Shown piece after piece: positions 29,807-39,768 of a DNA stretch of 64,000 nt. Origin of the DNA: an uncultured delta proteobacterium (GTDB lineage: Bacteria; Myxococcota_A; Polyangia; Palsa-1104). A model generated the notes under the pieces. It was not told where the DNA came from. It was given only the letters and a program-made list of their open reading frames with translations, and did no database searches. The stretch is taken from assembly GCA_963785725.1 (NCBI GenBank), contig CAWAWS010000007.1, forward strand, positions 416,001 to 480,000. The letters run 5' to 3'. Each line of letters opens with the position of its first letter. The first letter of the stretch is position 1. A program made the translations under genes and the position numbers.

Positions 29807-30852
29807 TGCGCGCCTGGGTCGCGGGCGCGGTGCTGCTTTTTGCGACGTTGGCGTCGGCGGCTGCGCCCGATCTCGGCGGCGACGACGCCGTCGAAGATCC
29901 GAACGCGCCGACGGTCGGCGTCTCGCTCGATCGCTCGGAGGCGCACGTCGGCGATCGCTTGACGCTGACGGTGAGCGCGGTGGCCAAAGCGGGCGTGGCG
30001 GTGACGCTGCCGCAGAAGCTCGAGCTCGGCAAGCTGGAGCTGCTCGATCGCAACGACGGCGAGCGGCTGGGGCGCGATCTCGGCGACGGGCGGCGCTCGC
30101 ATCGCTTCGTGCTCGGCGTCGCGGCCTATGAAACGGGCGAGCTGGAAGTGCCGTCGCTCGAGGTCAGCTATCTGACGCCGACGGGCGAGGTGCACACCGT
30201 CGCCACCGACCCGGTCTCGGTGTCGATCAAGCCGCTCGTGGCCGCCGACGAGCCGCATCCCGATGCGCAGCCGGAGCGGCCGACGCGCTCGGCGTTCGTC
30301 GAGGATCAGCGCGTCATTCGCGCGCTCAAGTGGAGCGGCGCCATCGCCGGCGGCCTCGTGGCGCTGGCGCTCGTCGTGTTCTTCATTCGCCGCGCGCTCA
30401 AGCGTCGACTGCCGGAAGCGGCGCTGGCGGCGCTGGCGGCGCCGGCGCGTCCGCCCGAGGAAGTGGCGATGGAGCGGCTCACCGCGCTGCGCGCCGCCGG
30501 CAACTACGGCGTCGACGGCTATCGTCCGTTCTATTTCGCGCTGGCCGAGATCGTGCGCGCGTATCTCGGCGCGCGTTACGGCTTCGACTCGATCGAGCTG
30601 ACGACGACCGAGCTGCTCGACGAGCTCACGCGCCGCGCGCCGCATCTGACGACCGACGGCGGCGAAGTGCCGCGCTTCTTGGCCGACACCGATCTCGTGA
30701 AGTTCGCCAAAGCCGGCTCGACCGAAGGCGGCGCGACGCTGGCGCTCGACGCCGCGCAAGCGATCGTGTTGTCGACGGCGGCGCCGCTCGAGCAAGTGGC
30801 GCAATCGATCTCGGGCCCGGTGCGTTTGCCACGCGAGGTGGACGGTGGATAA
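29806..30852 (+). CDS. Bat-operon membrane protein (signal peptide, BatD-like N-terminus, single TM)
   Basis: Sits between DUF58 and vWA genes. ELTTTELL and DLVKFAK motifs. Confidence 0.8.
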   Translation: MRAWVAGAVLLFATLASAAAPDLGGDDAVEDPNAPTVGVSLDRSEAHVGDRLTLTVSAVAKAGVAVTLPQKLELGKLELLDRNDGERLGRDLGDGRRSHRFVLGVAAYETGELEVPSLEVSYLTPTGEVHTVATDPVSVSIKPLVAADEPHPDAQPERPTRSAFVEDQRVIRALKWSGAIAGGLVALALVVFFIRRALKRRLPEAALAALAAPARPPEEVAMERLTALRAAGNYGVDGYRPFYFALAEIVRAYLGARYGFDSIELTTTELLDELTRRAPHLTTDGGEVPRFLADTDLVKFAKAGSTEGGATLALDAAQAIVLSTAAPLEQVAQSISGPVRLPREVDGG

Positions 30853-31942
30853 GCGTCGCTTATTACGCGTGCTCGCGCCCTATTTGCTGACGCTGGGCAT
30901 CGCGCTGCCGTTCGTGCTCTACGGCTTGTGGACCTTGCGCGGCGACGACGTGCATTGGCGCCATCGCGGCGGCTTCCTCTTGCTGCTCGCGGTGCCGCTC
31001 GGCGCGTGGGTGTCGTTCGCGCTCGGCCGTCGCCGCGCCGGCACGCTGGCGTTTACGCGCACGCACGACTTGATGGCGACGGCGCAAGGCCCGTTCGGCT
31101 ACCTCATGCATCTGCCGCGCGCCTGTCTGCTCGTCGCCGTCGGGCTCGTGGCCGTGTCGCTGGCGCGGCCGCAGAAGCTGTCGACCGATCCGGCCGAAGT
31201 CGAAGGCATCGACATCGTCATCGCGCTCGACGTCTCCGAATCCATGCGCGAGCACGACATGGTGCCCGACCGCATCAGCGCCGCCAAACGCGTCATTCGC
31301 TCGTTCATCGATCGCAACTCGACCAACCGCATCGGCCTCGTCATCTTCGGCAAAGAGGCGTTCACGCAGTCGCCGCTGACGCTCGACACGCGCGCCGTCG
31401 GCAGCTTGCTCGACGACGTGCGCATCGGCCTCGTCGACGGCAAGGGCACCGCCATCGGCAACGCGCTCGGCACGTCGATCAACCGGCTGCGCAAATCGAC
31501 CGCGAAGTCCAAGGTCATCGTGCTCGTCACCGACGGCGACGACAACGCGTCCAAGATCGATCCGCGCAAAGCCGCCAAGTTCGCGCAGACGTTCGGCATC
31601 AAAATCTTCACCATCTTGATCGGCCGCGACGTCTTGGCCGCCGAAGCCGTGCCCGGCCAAGATCGCTTCGGCAACATGGTGCGTCCGCAGCCCGGCTTCC
31701 CGGTGAATCCCAAGCTGCTCGAGGAGATCGCCGACGCTACCGGCGGCACGCCCTTCCTCGCGACCGACACGCAGTCGCTGGAGAAGCGCTTTCAGGCGAT
31801 CATCGAGGAGCTCGATCGCTCGAAGCTGCGCGCGCAAACGCCGCATTACGCCGAGCTCTACCCGATCTTGATCGTGCCGGCGTTGATGTTGGCGCTGCTC
31901 GAGGTCCTGCTCAGCCTGACGCGCTTCCGGAGATTCCCATGA
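30845..31942 (+). CDS. BatA-like vWA domain membrane protein
   Basis: LARPQ, DVSESM (MIDAS), GTAIG, VTDGDDN. Confidence 0.92.
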   Translation: MDKRRLLRVLAPYLLTLGIALPFVLYGLWTLRGDDVHWRHRGGFLLLLAVPLGAWVSFALGRRRAGTLAFTRTHDLMATAQGPFGYLMHLPRACLLVAVGLVAVSLARPQKLSTDPAEVEGIDIVIALDVSESMREHDMVPDRISAAKRVIRSFIDRNSTNRIGLVIFGKEAFTQSPLTLDTRAVGSLLDDVRIGLVDGKGTAIGNALGTSINRLRKSTAKSKVIVLVTDGDDNASKIDPRKAAKFAQTFGIKIFTILIGRDVLAAEAVPGQDRFGNMVRPQPGFPVNPKLLEEIADATGGTPFLATDTQSLEKRFQAIIEELDRSKLRAQTPHYAELYPILIVPALMLALLEVLLSLTRFRRFP

Positions 31943-33894
31943 CCTGGGGCGATCTGCATTTCCTCTATCTGTTGGCGCTCGTGCCGTTGCTCGTCGTCGC
32001 CTATGCGCTCGATGGTCAGCGGCGCCGTCGCCTGCTCGAGAAGATCGGCCACTTGCCGATGATTCAGCGCATGACGGCCTCGTCTTCTCCCGGTCGTCGT
32101 CGCGCGCGCGCGATCTTGTCGGTGTTCGCGGTGGCGCTGCTGGTGCTGGCGATGGCGCGGCCGCAGATGCCGGGCCGCGCGAAATTGACCGAGAGCCGCG
32201 GCCTCGACCTCGTCGTCGCGCTCGATTTCTCGAAGTCGATGCTGGCGCGCGACGTCTATCCGACGCGGCTCGATCGCGCCAAAGCCGAGCTGTCGCGCTT
32301 CATCGACAGCTTGCACGGCGATCGCGTGGGCCTGGTCGCGTTCGCCGGCGAGACGATGTCGTATCCGCTCACCGTCGACTACGAAGCGGCCAAGCTCTTC
32401 TGGCGCGACCTCACTCCCGACGACATGCCGGTCGGCGGCACCGACATCGGCCGCGCGCTGCGCGCGTCGATCGACCTCTTGACGCGCGTCCGCGAGCGCG
32501 AAGGCAAGAAGCGGCCGGCGCAAGTCATCTTGCTCATGACCGACGGCGAGGACACCGAGGGCCTCGGCCTCGCCGCCGCCAAAAAGGCCGCCACGCTCGG
32601 CATTCGCATCTACACGCTCGGCATCGGCTCGAACGAGAAGCCGCCGGTGCCGCTCTTCGACGAGGACGGCAAGCAGCACGGCTACGTCTCCGACGACAAC
32701 GGCGATCCGGTGCGCGTCGGCCTCGACGAGTCGGCGCTGAAGCAGATGGCGGCCTTGACCGGCGGCGAATATACGCCGCTCGATCAGAGCCGCTTCGGCG
32801 TCGAGCGCGTGCAGTCGGCGATCGCGCAGCTCGAGCGCACCGAAGAGGCGGCGCGCTTCGAGCGCGAGCCGGACGACGTCGGCCGCTGGTTCCTGTTGCC
32901 GGCGTTCTTGATGCTGCTGTTGTCGAGCTGCCTGCGCGAGCGCCGCGCCAATACGCCGCCTTTGGCGACGGTGGCCGGCGACGAATCGACGCGCAAATTG
33001 GCCGCGGCCGCGACCGGGTTCGCCAGCGAGCCGTCGCAAAAAGCGCTGGCAGCCGCGGTTTTACTGTTGGCCTTGCCCATGCTGACCGGCTTCGATCTAC
33101 TGAAGCGCAAAGATCCCAACATCGAGGAGGGCAATCGCTTGCTGTCGGCCGGCAAAGCCGAGGACGCGCTGAAGTCGTTCGATCGCGCCGTGGAGCAGCT
33201 GCCGAACGAGCCGATCGCGCATTACGATCGCGGCGTGGCGCTCTATCAGCTCGGCAAATTCCCCGAAGCGCAGAAGGAGTTTTTGCGCGCGTCGGAAGAG
33301 GGTCACGACGCGGAGCTCAAAGCGGACGCCTATTACAACATGGGCAACGCGCTCTTGAAGCAGCAGCGGGGCAAAGACGCGCTCGACGCCTACAAGCACA
33401 CGCTCGGCTTGCGGCCGGACGATCGGCGCGCAAAGTGGAACTTGGAGCTGGCGCTGCGGCAGATGCAAGAGCAGCAGAAGCAGCAGCAACAGCAGCAGGA
33501 CAATAAAGACAACAAAGACAATAAAGACGACAAGCAACAGCAGCAACAGCAGCAGCAGCAGGCGCAAGATCAGCAGGACAAGAAGGACCAAAAGCAGGAC
33601 GACAAGCAGAAGCAGGCCGACGAGCAGAAGCAGCAAGAAGAACAGAAGTCGGACGAGCAGAAGCAGGCTGAGGAGCAAAAGAAGCAGCAAGAGCAGCAGC
33701 CGCAGCCGGGCGACAAGGACAAAGAGAAAGAGAAGCAGGCGCAGCGGGCGCAGAAGAAGGAGCAGCCGCGCGAGATCGACAAGCAGGACGCCGAGGCGGT
33801 GCTCGACGCGCTGGAGCGTTCGGAGCCGACGGTGCAAAAAGATCTGGCGCGGCGACGGGCCGAGAATCGCCGCCGGCCGGCGAAGGATTGGTAA
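31939..33894 (+). CDS. BatB-like vWA domain fused to a BatC-like TPR/Gln-Lys-rich domain
   Basis: DFSKSM, VAFAG, TDGED, TM segments, TPRs (AYYNMGNA, WNLELA) and a Q/K/D tail in one uninterrupted frame. Confidence 0.9.
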   Translation: MTWGDLHFLYLLALVPLLVVAYALDGQRRRRLLEKIGHLPMIQRMTASSSPGRRRARAILSVFAVALLVLAMARPQMPGRAKLTESRGLDLVVALDFSKSMLARDVYPTRLDRAKAELSRFIDSLHGDRVGLVAFAGETMSYPLTVDYEAAKLFWRDLTPDDMPVGGTDIGRALRASIDLLTRVREREGKKRPAQVILLMTDGEDTEGLGLAAAKKAATLGIRIYTLGIGSNEKPPVPLFDEDGKQHGYVSDDNGDPVRVGLDESALKQMAALTGGEYTPLDQSRFGVERVQSAIAQLERTEEAARFEREPDDVGRWFLLPAFLMLLLSSCLRERRANTPPLATVAGDESTRKLAAAATGFASEPSQKALAAAVLLLALPMLTGFDLLKRKDPNIEEGNRLLSAGKAEDALKSFDRAVEQLPNEPIAHYDRGVALYQLGKFPEAQKEFLRASEEGHDAELKADAYYNMGNALLKQQRGKDALDAYKHTLGLRPDDRRAKWNLELALRQMQEQQKQQQQQQDNKDNKDNKDDKQQQQQQQQQAQDQQDKKDQKQDDKQKQADEQKQQEEQKSDEQKQAEEQKKQQEQQPQPGDKDKEKEKQAQRAQKKEQPREIDKQDAEAVLDALERSEPTVQKDLARRRAENRRRPAKDW

Positions 33895-35762
33895 TGGCGA
33901 TGCGGAATGCACGGCTCGCGGTCTTGCCGCAGCGGCTCGCGAAACTCTTGGTCGCCGTGGCGGTTGCGCTGGCGGCGTCGCGCGCGGGCGCGGACGCGGC
34001 GGGCGTGCGCTTCGAGGCGACGGTGCCGTCGGAGAACGTGACCAGCGATCAGACGGTCGAGCTGACGGTGACGCTGCAGCGCGACGGCTCGCAGACGTTC
34101 GAGGCCTATCGTCCGCCGACGGCGCCCGACTTCGAGCTGCTGCACGCGTCGGACAACGAGTCGGTGCAGATGGGCATCGCCAACGGGCGGCAGTCGGTGC
34201 GCATGATCGAGCAGCACGTCTACGTCTATCGGCCGAAGAAGCGGGGCGCGCTCAAGATCGAGTCGGCGACGGTGCGCATCGCCGGGACGGAGCTGAAGAC
34301 GCGGCCGCTCGTCATTCACGTGGGCGCGCCGCTGAAGAACGCGGTGTCGACGCTGGGCGGGCGGCCGGGCGCGACGGTGAATCCGAGCGTCATCGTGCCC
34401 GACACGCTGCACGGCGACGAGGATCTGTTCGTCGACGCCGCCACCGACAAGCCGAGAGTCTACGTCGGGCAGCAGGTGACGGTGTCGTGGCGCCTGTTCA
34501 TTCAGAGCGAGATCTTGCGCTATCGCCCGCTGTCCGAGCCCAAGCACGAGGACTTTTGGGCGGAAGATCTGTTCGTGCCGACGACGCACTTGGCGTGGGA
34601 TCGCACGATGATCAAAGGGCACGACTTCGCGGTGGCGCTGCTGCTCAAGAAGGCGCTGTTTCCGCTCAAGTCGGGCAAGCTGTCGATTACGCCGCTCGAG
34701 GCCGAGGTGACGACGCTGCAGACGGCGTTCTCACCGACGGCGTCGGACTCGCGCAAGTCGCGCGCGCTGACGATCGACGTCATGCCGCTGCCGGTCGAGG
34801 GTCGGCCGGCGGGCTTCGAGTCTTCGAACGTCGGGCGCTTCGAGGTCGTGTCGTCGGTCGATCGCGCGCAGGTCAAAGCCGGCGAAGCGGTGACGTGGAA
34901 GGTGACGGTGCGCGGCGCGGGCAACATTCGCAACGTGCGGCTGCACAAGCTCGAGCACCTCGACGGCTTCCGCGTCTACGAGCCGACGACGAAGGAGACC
35001 ATCGAGCCCGGCGACGAGGTGCACGGCCAAAAGGTCTACACCTATCTGCTCCTTCCGCAGAAGGGCGGCGCGCTGACGCTGCCGTCGGTGGAGCTGCCCT
35101 ACTTCGATCCCGGGACCGGCAAATACGCGACGGCGAAGTCGCAGCCGATCGCGCTCACCGTCGAAGGTGATCCGAGCAAAGTGTCGAGCGGGCAGCCGAG
35201 CACGCACGAGGAGAACGTGCTCGGGCAGCAGGTGCGGCCGATTCGCAATCGCTCGAGCGTGGGCGCGAGCTTCGGCGATCGGCTGTTCCGCGGTCGCGTC
35301 GCCGTCGGCTTGTTGGCGGCGCCGCCGGGATTGTGGCTGCTCGTGCTCATCGGCGACGCCTTGCGCCGCCGGCTCGGTCGCGAGACGGCCGGCTCGAAGC
35401 GGCGACGCGCGCGGCGCTCGGCGCGACGGCGACTGCGCGTGGCCGAATACCACATCAAGGCGCAGCGGCCGTCGGCGTTCTTCGGCGAGTGCGCGCGCGT
35501 GTTGTACGAGCACCTCGAATATCGCCTGGGCGCCAAAGTGGAAGCGTTGACGCTGAGCGAGCTGCGCGAACATTTAGTGGCGCGCGGCTTTCAGCGCGAG
35601 ACCGCGGAGTCGGTCGTCAAGGAGCTGGAGAACTGCGACTTCGCGCGCTTCGCGCCGTCGGCGTCGGGACCGGGCGAGATGCGCGCGGCCATGCGGCGCG
35701 TGCGCATTCTGCTCGGCATGATCGAGAAGCAGCGCCCGCTCGATAAGGAAGTGGCGGCATGA
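33894..35762 (+). CDS. BatD family protein
   Basis: Signal peptide, YVGQQV, VGRF, GAGNI, YFDP, C-terminal TM and FARFAP. Confidence 0.88.
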   Translation: MAMRNARLAVLPQRLAKLLVAVAVALAASRAGADAAGVRFEATVPSENVTSDQTVELTVTLQRDGSQTFEAYRPPTAPDFELLHASDNESVQMGIANGRQSVRMIEQHVYVYRPKKRGALKIESATVRIAGTELKTRPLVIHVGAPLKNAVSTLGGRPGATVNPSVIVPDTLHGDEDLFVDAATDKPRVYVGQQVTVSWRLFIQSEILRYRPLSEPKHEDFWAEDLFVPTTHLAWDRTMIKGHDFAVALLLKKALFPLKSGKLSITPLEAEVTTLQTAFSPTASDSRKSRALTIDVMPLPVEGRPAGFESSNVGRFEVVSSVDRAQVKAGEAVTWKVTVRGAGNIRNVRLHKLEHLDGFRVYEPTTKETIEPGDEVHGQKVYTYLLLPQKGGALTLPSVELPYFDPGTGKYATAKSQPIALTVEGDPSKVSSGQPSTHEENVLGQQVRPIRNRSSVGASFGDRLFRGRVAVGLLAAPPGLWLLVLIGDALRRRLGRETAGSKRRRARRSARRRLRVAEYHIKAQRPSAFFGECARVLYEHLEYRLGAKVEALTLSELREHLVARGFQRETAESVVKELENCDFARFAPSASGPGEMRAAMRRVRILLGMIEKQRPLDKEVAA

Positions 35763-36535
35763 AACCCCTATTGTTTTGCATTTTACTAATGGGATTTTGT
35801 GGCATTGCCCGCGCCGCCGACACCGAGATCGCCGCCTCCAAAGACGCGACCTTCCGCCGCGGCAATGACGCCTATTTTCACGGTCGTTATGCGGAAGCGG
35901 TGGAGGCGTACGAGCAAGTGGCGGCGCTCGGCGCCGTCTCGCAAGACCTGTTTTACAACTTGGGAAACGCCTATTTGAAGGCGAACCAGCTGGGGCCGGC
36001 GATCTACAACTACGAGCGCGCGCTGGAGCTCGATCCGTCGTCGGAGGACGTGCGCTTCAACTTGACCGTCGCCCGCGATGCCGCGCGCAAGAAGGGCGAA
36101 GACCGCCTGGCCGGCGCCGAGGCGATTCCGTTTTGGATGCGCGTCGCCTCGCAAGTGACGGTCGATTGGGTGAGCTGGCTGTTCTTGGGGCTGTATGTGG
36201 CGCTGTTCGCCGGGCTGATCCTCGTGCACTTCGTGCAGCCGGGCTTCCTGCACGTGTCGCTCGTCGTGGGGCTGTCGTTCCTCGGCTTGGCGACGGTGGC
36301 GGCGGGCACGCTGTTGGGCGCGCGGCTGTACATGGCCGAGCGGGTCGAGCAGGCGATCGTGCTGCCCGATTCGGTGCAGGTCAAAGAGGGGCCCGATCCG
36401 AATTACCAATCGTCGTTCGGCGTGCACGCCGGGCTGCGCGTGCGCGTCACCGACAAAGAGCAGGATTGGGTGCGCGTGCGCTTGGCCAACGGTCTCGAAG
36501 GTTGGGTGCGCGAGCGCGACTTGGGCCGGCTGTGA
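35759..36535 (+). CDS. BatE-like TPR plus SH3b protein
   Basis: YNLGNAY...AIYNYERAL, two TMs, WVRVRLANGLEGWV. Confidence 0.9.
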   Translation: MKPLLFCILLMGFCGIARAADTEIAASKDATFRRGNDAYFHGRYAEAVEAYEQVAALGAVSQDLFYNLGNAYLKANQLGPAIYNYERALELDPSSEDVRFNLTVARDAARKKGEDRLAGAEAIPFWMRVASQVTVDWVSWLFLGLYVALFAGLILVHFVQPGFLHVSLVVGLSFLGLATVAAGTLLGARLYMAERVEQAIVLPDSVQVKEGPDPNYQSSFGVHAGLRVRVTDKEQDWVRVRLANGLEGWVRERDLGRL

Positions 36536-37014
36536 GCGACGACGCGCTCGTCCTGCGTCGGGCGCGGCGCGAAGACTTGGCGGCGATCGTCGCGCTCTAT
36601 GCCGACGACTTCATGGGCGCGACGCGCGAGACGCCGCCGACGCCGGCGGGCGAGCTGGCGCCGCCCTATCTGACGGCTTTTGCGCATATCGAGGGCGACG
36701 CCGATAACGAGCTCATCGTCGCTGAGCTCGAAGGTCAAGTCGTCGGCAGCTGTCAGCTCACGTTCATCTGGCAGCTCAGCCACGGCGGCGCGCGCGTCAT
36801 GCAGATCGAGGCCGTGCGCATCGACGCGCGGCGACGCGGGCTCGGCCTCGGCGCGCGCATGCTGGAGTGGGCGATCGAGCGGGCGCGCGTGGGCGGCTGT
36901 CGCGTCGTGCAGCTGACGTCGAATGCGAAGCGCGTCGACGCGCGGCGCTTTTACGAGCGGCTCGGCTTCGTCGCCAGCCACGTCGGCATGAAGCTCACGC
37001 TGCCGCGGCCGTAA
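36532..37014 (+). CDS. GNAT family N-acetyltransferase
   Basis: RRGLGLG, VQLTS, RFYERLGF. Confidence 0.92.
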   Translation: MSDDALVLRRARREDLAAIVALYADDFMGATRETPPTPAGELAPPYLTAFAHIEGDADNELIVAELEGQVVGSCQLTFIWQLSHGGARVMQIEAVRIDARRRGLGLGARMLEWAIERARVGGCRVVQLTSNAKRVDARRFYERLGFVASHVGMKLTLPRP

Positions 37015-37015
37015 G

Positions 37016-37888
37016 TCACGCGCGGCGCCAGCGGTCGCCGGGCTCTTGCACGGCGCGACCTTCGCGCTCGAGCTTCACCAGATGCGCCAATAGCGAGCGC
37101 GCGGCGAGCGGGTAAATCGCCGGCGCGACGTCGGGATAGACGGCGGGCACGAGCGCTTCCGCCGTCGCCGCCGTCGCGCTCAGCGCCGCCGCCACGCGCG
37201 CCTCACGCTCCAGCCGATGCGCGATGTAAAAGTCGAGCCGCGCGCCGCCGTCGACGATGGGCGGGCCGTGCGCCGGCAGGAGGCGCGGCGTGCCGGCATC
37301 GACCGCGCCGCGCAGCCGCGCCAGCGACACCAGATATTGCGCCATGTCGCCGCCGTCGCTGGGCTCGATGATGATCGTGCCTACCGAGGCCACCATGTCG
37401 CCGGCCACGATCGCGCGCGCCGCCGCGTCGACGAAGCAGAGGTGGCCGGGCGCGTGCCCGGGCGTGTGCATCGCGACCAAGCTGCTCGGTCCGCCCGGCA
37501 AACGCGCGCCATCGTCGAGGAGCCGCGTGACCGCGACCCGACCTTCGAGCCGCGACGCCGTCTCCGCGTGCGCCGCGACGCCGATGCCGTGCCGCTCGGC
37601 CAGCGCCATCGCGCCCGAGACGTGGTCGACATGATGATGCGTCAGCACGATTTCGGACGGCTGCAAATTGTGCGTCTGCACAAAAGCGTCCAATTTCGCC
37701 TGCTCTTCGGCCCACGGGCTCGCCGGATCGACCACGATCACAGACGGCCCGTCGCCGATGAGGTAACAGTTGGTGTGCGTCGCCGGTGGCAGCGTCGGGG
37801 TGCGCAGCGGAACTACGCGAATCCAGGGCGCCGCCGGCAGAACGAAAGGGTCGTAGGGATTGACCGATCGCGTTACGTCTGGATCCAT
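37016..37888 (-). CDS. MBL-fold metallo-hydrolase (LACTB2-like)
   Basis: THHHVDH, HTPGH, AGD, PAHG and a C-terminal winged-helix-like tail. Confidence 0.92.
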   Translation of the reverse strand: MDPDVTRSVNPYDPFVLPAAPWIRVVPLRTPTLPPATHTNCYLIGDGPSVIVVDPASPWAEEQAKLDAFVQTHNLQPSEIVLTHHHVDHVSGAMALAERHGIGVAAHAETASRLEGRVAVTRLLDDGARLPGGPSSLVAMHTPGHAPGHLCFVDAAARAIVAGDMVASVGTIIIEPSDGGDMAQYLVSLARLRGAVDAGTPRLLPAHGPPIVDGGARLDFYIAHRLEREARVAAALSATAATAEALVPAVYPDVAPAIYPLAARSLLAHLVKLEREGRAVQEPGDRWRRA

Positions 37889-37959
37889 GCCCAATTTTAC
37901 AGTGACGATGGGGATCGGCGCGCGTAGAATTAGTTGGTGACTCGGCTGGACGGGTTGCG

Positions 37960-38235
37960 ATGACCAACGTTACCGCGCGCAAAATACGCGACCATGGCCG
38001 TGAGCGTGCGGCTGTCGGGGTGGGCCGTATCTACAACGGCTTCCTCGTCAGCTACCCCGTGGTCGGTCGTGGCATGGTCATTTTCCGCGATCCCAACGGC
38101 CATCGCATGATCACGACGCCGGTCCGCAGGGTGCTGGCGGATCCCGACGGCGAATCGGTGTACGTCGAGACCGAAAACAGCGTCTACCGCCTCACGTTTC
38201 ATCGGCCGATTCCGGTCGCTCCGCAAGCCGCTTAG
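37960..38235 (+). CDS. hypothetical small beta-rich protein
   Basis: 91-aa ORF with host-like codons (YVETENSVYRL). Confidence 0.7.
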   Translation: MTNVTARKIRDHGRERAAVGVGRIYNGFLVSYPVVGRGMVIFRDPNGHRMITTPVRRVLADPDGESVYVETENSVYRLTFHRPIPVAPQAA

Positions 38236-38282
38236 GCGATAGCGCTGCCCGCGCGGGGCCAAGTGACGCGGGCTGGACGATG

Positions 38283-38446
38283 GTACGGGTCCTGTCGCCG
38301 CATACCTTCTTGTCCGTGCTCGCTCCGCGCCCAGGGCGCAGGCGTTGGCGCTTTCGCTTCTAATTTCGTGGTGTAAGCGAGGTTGTGCGGGATCGCGACG
38401 CGCTCCGGCTGCGCGCGGACAAGAAGGTACGCGACGCCACCCGTAC
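38283..38446. repeat. imperfect long inverted repeat (REP/MITE-like) between convergent genes
   Basis: GTACGGGT...TACCTTCTTGTCCG (38283-38316) pairs with CGGACAAGAAGGTA...ACCCGTAC (38416-38446). Confidence 0.7.
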
Positions 38447-38542
38447 GAGGTTTCCGGAGGCACGCCCGCGTCGCTTGGGGGGAATTTGGTGGCAGAGGGC
38501 GGGTTAACGCACGCCTCCTCGCCACAGACTTCGAAGCGGCGG

Positions 38543-39721
38543 TTAGACCACGCGACAGAGGACGAATTTTAGGTAGCGGCCTTCTGGGAAGGCGGGGGGG
38601 ACGGGGTGGTCCATGCCCTGTGAGGCGACCTCGAGGAGCTGGACGCGGCGGCCGGCGTCTTTGGCGGCGCCGGCGATGACGCGCTCGAAGGTCTCGCCGT
38701 CGACGAGCTGGGAGCAGCTGCACGTGGCCAAGAGCGCGCCTTCGGAGCAGGCGTTCATGCCGAGCGCGTTGAGGCGCTGGTAGCCCTTCATGGCGGCGTC
38801 CAAGTCCTTGCGCGCGCGGGCGAACTTGGGCGGATCGAGGACGACGATGTCGAAGCTGCGCGGGCGCGCGCTCTCGAGGAAGCGGAAGGCGTCGGCTTCG
38901 ATCGTCTCGATGGCGCTCATGCCGTTGAGCTCGGCGTGGGCGCGGACGCGCTCGAGCGCGCGGCCCGACGCGTCGACGCAGGTGGCCGATTTGGCGCCGC
39001 CTTTGAGCGCGTTGAGGGCGAAGCCGCCGGCGTAGGTGTAGACGTCGAGGACGCGCGCGTCTTTGGCGAGCGAGCCGAGCATGCGGCGGTTCTCGCGCTG
39101 ATCGAGGAACATGCCGGTCTTCTGGCCATGCAGCGGGTCGACCTCGAGCTGGATGCCGTTTTCGCGGCAGCGCACCGACGCGGCGGCGCCGTCGTCGCCG
39201 CGCACGGCGCGCGTGGCCGAGGCGAAGCCTTCGACCTGCGCGAACCCGCCCGCCGAAACCTCGACGATGGCGCGCGGCTTGAGCAGCTCCGACAGCGCGT
39301 CATAGACCTCGACTTCGCGCAGCTTCATGCCGAGCGCGGTGAACTGCACGGCGCAGACGTCGTTGTAGACGTCGACGACGAGGCCGGGCAGACCGTCGCC
39401 TTCCGAGTTGATGAGCCGGTAGGCGTTCGTCTCCGTCGACGGCATCAAGAGCCGCGCGCGCAGACTGATCGCTTCCTGCACGCGGCGCGCGATGAGGTGC
39501 TTGTCGACGGCTTCGTCGCGCGTCGTCACCATGCGCACGCGAATTTGCGAGCGCGGATTGATGAAGCCGCGCCCGATGAAGCGGCCCTCGGCGTCGGCGA
39601 CATCGATGACGTCGCCCGGTTGATAGGTGCCTTCTTCGCGTGCGACCGCACCCGAATAAACCCAAGGGTGGCCTTGCCAAAGCGGGTTTGCGCGCCCGCG
39701 CTTGAGGAACAGTGTTGCCAT
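38543..39721 (-). CDS. rlmI: class I SAM-dependent rRNA methyltransferase (RlmI-like)
   Basis: PUA domain GHPWVY, SEGDGLPGL, GQKTGMFLDQRENR, LDPPKF, CSCS, PEGRYLK. Confidence 0.9.
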   Translation of the reverse strand: MATLFLKRGRANPLWQGHPWVYSGAVAREEGTYQPGDVIDVADAEGRFIGRGFINPRSQIRVRMVTTRDEAVDKHLIARRVQEAISLRARLLMPSTETNAYRLINSEGDGLPGLVVDVYNDVCAVQFTALGMKLREVEVYDALSELLKPRAIVEVSAGGFAQVEGFASATRAVRGDDGAAASVRCRENGIQLEVDPLHGQKTGMFLDQRENRRMLGSLAKDARVLDVYTYAGGFALNALKGGAKSATCVDASGRALERVRAHAELNGMSAIETIEADAFRFLESARPRSFDIVVLDPPKFARARKDLDAAMKGYQRLNALGMNACSEGALLATCSCSQLVDGETFERVIAGAAKDAGRRVQLLEVASQGMDHPVPPAFPEGRYLKFVLCRVV

Positions 39722-39768
39722 GTGCGGCGCAACCTAGCATGGAAATGCGGAAATGATATGGTCGCGTC

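Noticed and set aside
33470..33770. CAG/AAG-rich low-complexity tract
   Set aside because: It is explained by the Gln/Lys-rich linker typical of BatC-like proteins.
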